A DNA stretch of 64,000 nt from Heterodontus francisci (lineage: Eukaryota): the NCBI RefSeq assembly GCF_036365525.1, contig NC_090378.1, forward strand, positions 124,729,593 to 124,793,592, given 5' to 3'. The translations under genes and the position numbers were made by a program. This document shows positions 61,261-64,000 of the stretch, one piece after another. The notes under the pieces are model-generated. The model saw nothing but the letters and a program-made list of their open reading frames with translations, did no database searches and was not told the DNA's origin. Each line of letters opens with the position of its first letter. The stretch's first letter is position 1.

Positions 61261-64000
61261 CACAGTTATATATAATATATAATAATGGACACACAGTCCC
61301 ACCTCCTGTGCTGACACATCCCACAGTTATATATAATATATAATAATGGACACACAGTCCCACCTCCTGCACTGACACATCCCAAAGTTATGTATAATAT
61401 ATAATAATGGACACACAGTCCCACCTCCGGTACTGACACGTCCCACAGTTATATATAATATATAATAATGGACACACAGTCCCACCTCCTGCACTGCAAC
61501 ATCCCACAGTTATATAGAATATATAATAATGGACACACAGTCCCACCTCCTGTACTGACACATCCCACAGTTATATATAATATATAATAATGGACACACA
61601 GTCCCACCTCCTGTATTGACACATCCCACAGTTATATATAATAAATAATAATTGACACACAGTCCCACCTCCTGTAATGACACATCCCACAGTTATATAT
61701 AATTTATAATAATGGACACAAAATCCCACCTCCTGTACTGACATAATGCACAGTTATATACAATATATAATAATAGACACACAGTCCCAACTCCTATCCT
61801 GACATATCCCACTGTAATATATAATATATAATAATGGACACACCGTTCCACCTCCTGTCCAGACACATCCCACAGTTATGTATAATATATTATTATGGAC
61901 AGACAGTCCCACATCCTGTACTGACACATCCCAAAATTATATATAATACATATTAGTGGACAGACAGTCCCACCTCCTGCAATGACATATCCCACATTTA
62001 TACATAATATATAATAATGGACACACAGTCCCACCTCCTGTAATGACACATCCCACAGTTATATATAATATATAATAATGGACATGCAGTCCCACCTCCT
62101 GTACTGACACATCCCACAGTTATATATTATATATAATAATGGACATGCAGTCCCAAATCCTGGACTGACACATCCCACAATTATATATAATATATATTAG
62201 TGGACACACAGTCCCACCTCCTGTACTGACACATCCCACAGTTATATATAATATATAATAATGGACATGCAGTCCCACCTCCTGTAATGACACATCCCAC
62301 AGTTATATATAATATATAATAATGGACACACAGTCCCACCTCCTGCAATGACACATCCCACAGTTTTATATAAAATATAATAATGGACAAACAGTCCCAC
62401 ATCCTGTACTGACACATCCCACAGTTATATATCATATATAATAATGGAAACAAAGTCCCACCTCCTGTACTGACACATCCCACAGATATATATAATAAAT
62501 AATAATGGACACACATTCCCACCTCCTGCACTGACACATCCCACAGTTATACATAATATGTAAAAATGGACACACAGTCCCACCTCCTGTACTGACACAT
62601 CCCACAGTTACATATAATTTATAATACTGGACACAAAGTCCCACCTCCTGTACTGTCACATCCCACAGTTATATATAATATAATATAATGGACAGACAGT
62701 CCCACCTCCTGTACTGACACATCCCACAGTAATATATAATATATAATAATGGACACACAGTCCCACCTCCTGCACTGACACATCCCAAAGTTATGTATAA
62801 TATATAATAATGGACACACAGTCCCACCTCCGGTACTGACACGTCCCACAGTTATATATAATATATAATAATGGACACACAGTCCCACCTCCTGCACTGC
62901 AACATCCCACAGTTATATATAATATATAATAATGGACACACAGTCCCACCTCCTGTACTGACACATCCCACAGTTATATATAATATTTAATAATGGACAC
63001 AGAGTCCCACCTCCTGTATTGACACATCCCACAGTTATATATAATAAATAATAATTGACACACAGTCCCACCTCCTGTAATGACACATCCCACAGTTATA
63101 TATAATATATAATAATGGACACACAGTCCCACCTCCTGTTTTGATACATCCCACAGTTATATATAATAAATAATAATTGACACACAGTCCCACCTCCTGT
63201 AATGACACATCCCACAGTTATATATAATATATAATAATGGACACACAGTCCCACCTCCTGTATTGACACATCCCACAGTTATATATAATAAATTATAATG
63301 ACACACAGTCCCACCTCCTGTACTGACACATCCCACAGTTATATATAATATATAATAATGGACACACAGTCCCACCTCCTGTATTGACACATCCCACAGT
63401 TATATATAATAAATAATAATTGACACACAGTCCCACCTCCTGTAATGACACATCCCACAGTTATATATAATATATAATAACGGACACACAGTCCCACCTC
63501 CTGTATTGACACATCCCACAGTTATATATAATAAATAATAATGGACACACAGTCCCACCTCCTATACTGACACATCCCAAAGTTATATATAATATATAAT
63601 AATGGACACACAGTCCCACCTCCTGTACTGACACGTCCCACAGTTATATATAATATATAATAATGGACACACAGTCCCACCTCCTGTACTGACACATCCC
63701 ACAGTTATATATAATATATAATAATGGACACACAGTCCCACCTCCTGCAATGACACATCCCACATTTATATATAATAAATAATAATGGAAACACAGTCCC
63801 ACCTCCTGCACTGACACATCCCACAGTTATATATAATATATAATAATGGACACACAGTCCCACCTCCTGCACTGACACATCCCACAGTAATATATAATAT
63901 ATAATAATGGACACACATTCCCACTTCCTGCACTGACACATCCCAAAGCTATGTATAATATATAATAATGGACACACAGTCCCACCTCCAGTACTGACAC

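Larger units (their letters stand above)
1..64000. repeat. 61-bp tandem satellite/minisatellite array, ~1,049 head-to-tail monomers in a single orientation, continuing beyond both window edges
   Basis: A consensus monomer is read directly at 181-241. Monomer starts recur every 3,660 bp (60 x 61) at 181, 3841, 7501, 11161, 14821, 18481, 22141, 25801, 29461, 33121 and 36781. After a 16-bp net shift they recur at 45061, 48721, 52381, 56041 and 59701. No non-repeat sequence was seen. Confidence 0.99.

Noticed and set aside
1441-63977. About 115 minus-strand ORFs of 60-240 aa (MWDVSLQEVGLCVHYYILYITVGCVSTGGGTVCPLL...)
   Set aside because: They are translations of the 61-bp repeat. Lengths cluster near multiples of 183 bp, the same peptide appears in all three overlapping frames, no domain is recognisable, and starts and stops depend on single repeat variants.
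1-64000. CRISPR array (61-bp period is similar to a repeat plus spacer; weak GGAC/GTCC hairpin)
   Set aside because: There are no unique spacers, since the AT segment is as conserved as the rest. There is no leader and no cas gene.
1-64000. Tandem array of structured RNA genes (tRNA, 5S, snRNA, SL RNA, miRNA hairpins, hammerhead)
   Set aside because: I found no A/B boxes, Sm site, hammerhead CTGANGA/GAAA core or long stem. The strong C-over-G skew limits intramolecular pairing.
1-64000. Assignment as centromeric, telomeric or a named satellite family
   Set aside because: No TTAGGG-type repeats, CENP-B box or family consensus that I recognise. Assignment needs a Dfam/Repbase/BLAST search plus chromosomal position or CENP-A data.
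1-64000. Whole array being a sequencing, assembly or synthetic artefact
   Set aside because: Ordered shared variants, nested duplications with private differences and CpG-type changes look like real evolutionary history. Individual large duplications still need read support.

Overview
The whole 64-kb window is one uninterrupted, head-to-tail tandem array of about 1,049 copies of a 61-bp monomer. The + strand consensus is GGACACACAGTCCCACCTCCTGTACTGACACATCCCACAGTTATATATAATATATAATAAT: a 40-bp C-rich half followed by a 21-bp pure A/T half, about 38% GC. I find no unique sequence, genes, RNA genes, transposons, inversions or CRISPR spacers. All listed ORFs are read-throughs of the repeat. The pattern fits a eukaryotic satellite or large minisatellite; I cannot assign a family or species. 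The structure lies in the variant pattern. (i) Length is almost invariant: only five off-length monomers are seen (two of 54 bp, three of 60 bp). (ii) An ordered string of variant monomers (ancestral ~24-28-mer) recurs at irregular whole-monomer spacings. (iii) Three variant domains can be distinguished, with boundaries near 35 kb and 52.6 kb. (iv) Nested higher-order duplications span 2, 4, 7, 9, 24, 28, 39, 52, 71 and ~105 monomers, plus one 430-monomer (26 kb) long-range match. (v) There are footprints of CpG deamination. I could not support a novel protein-coding or defence system here; the functional ideas below are flagged as inference.
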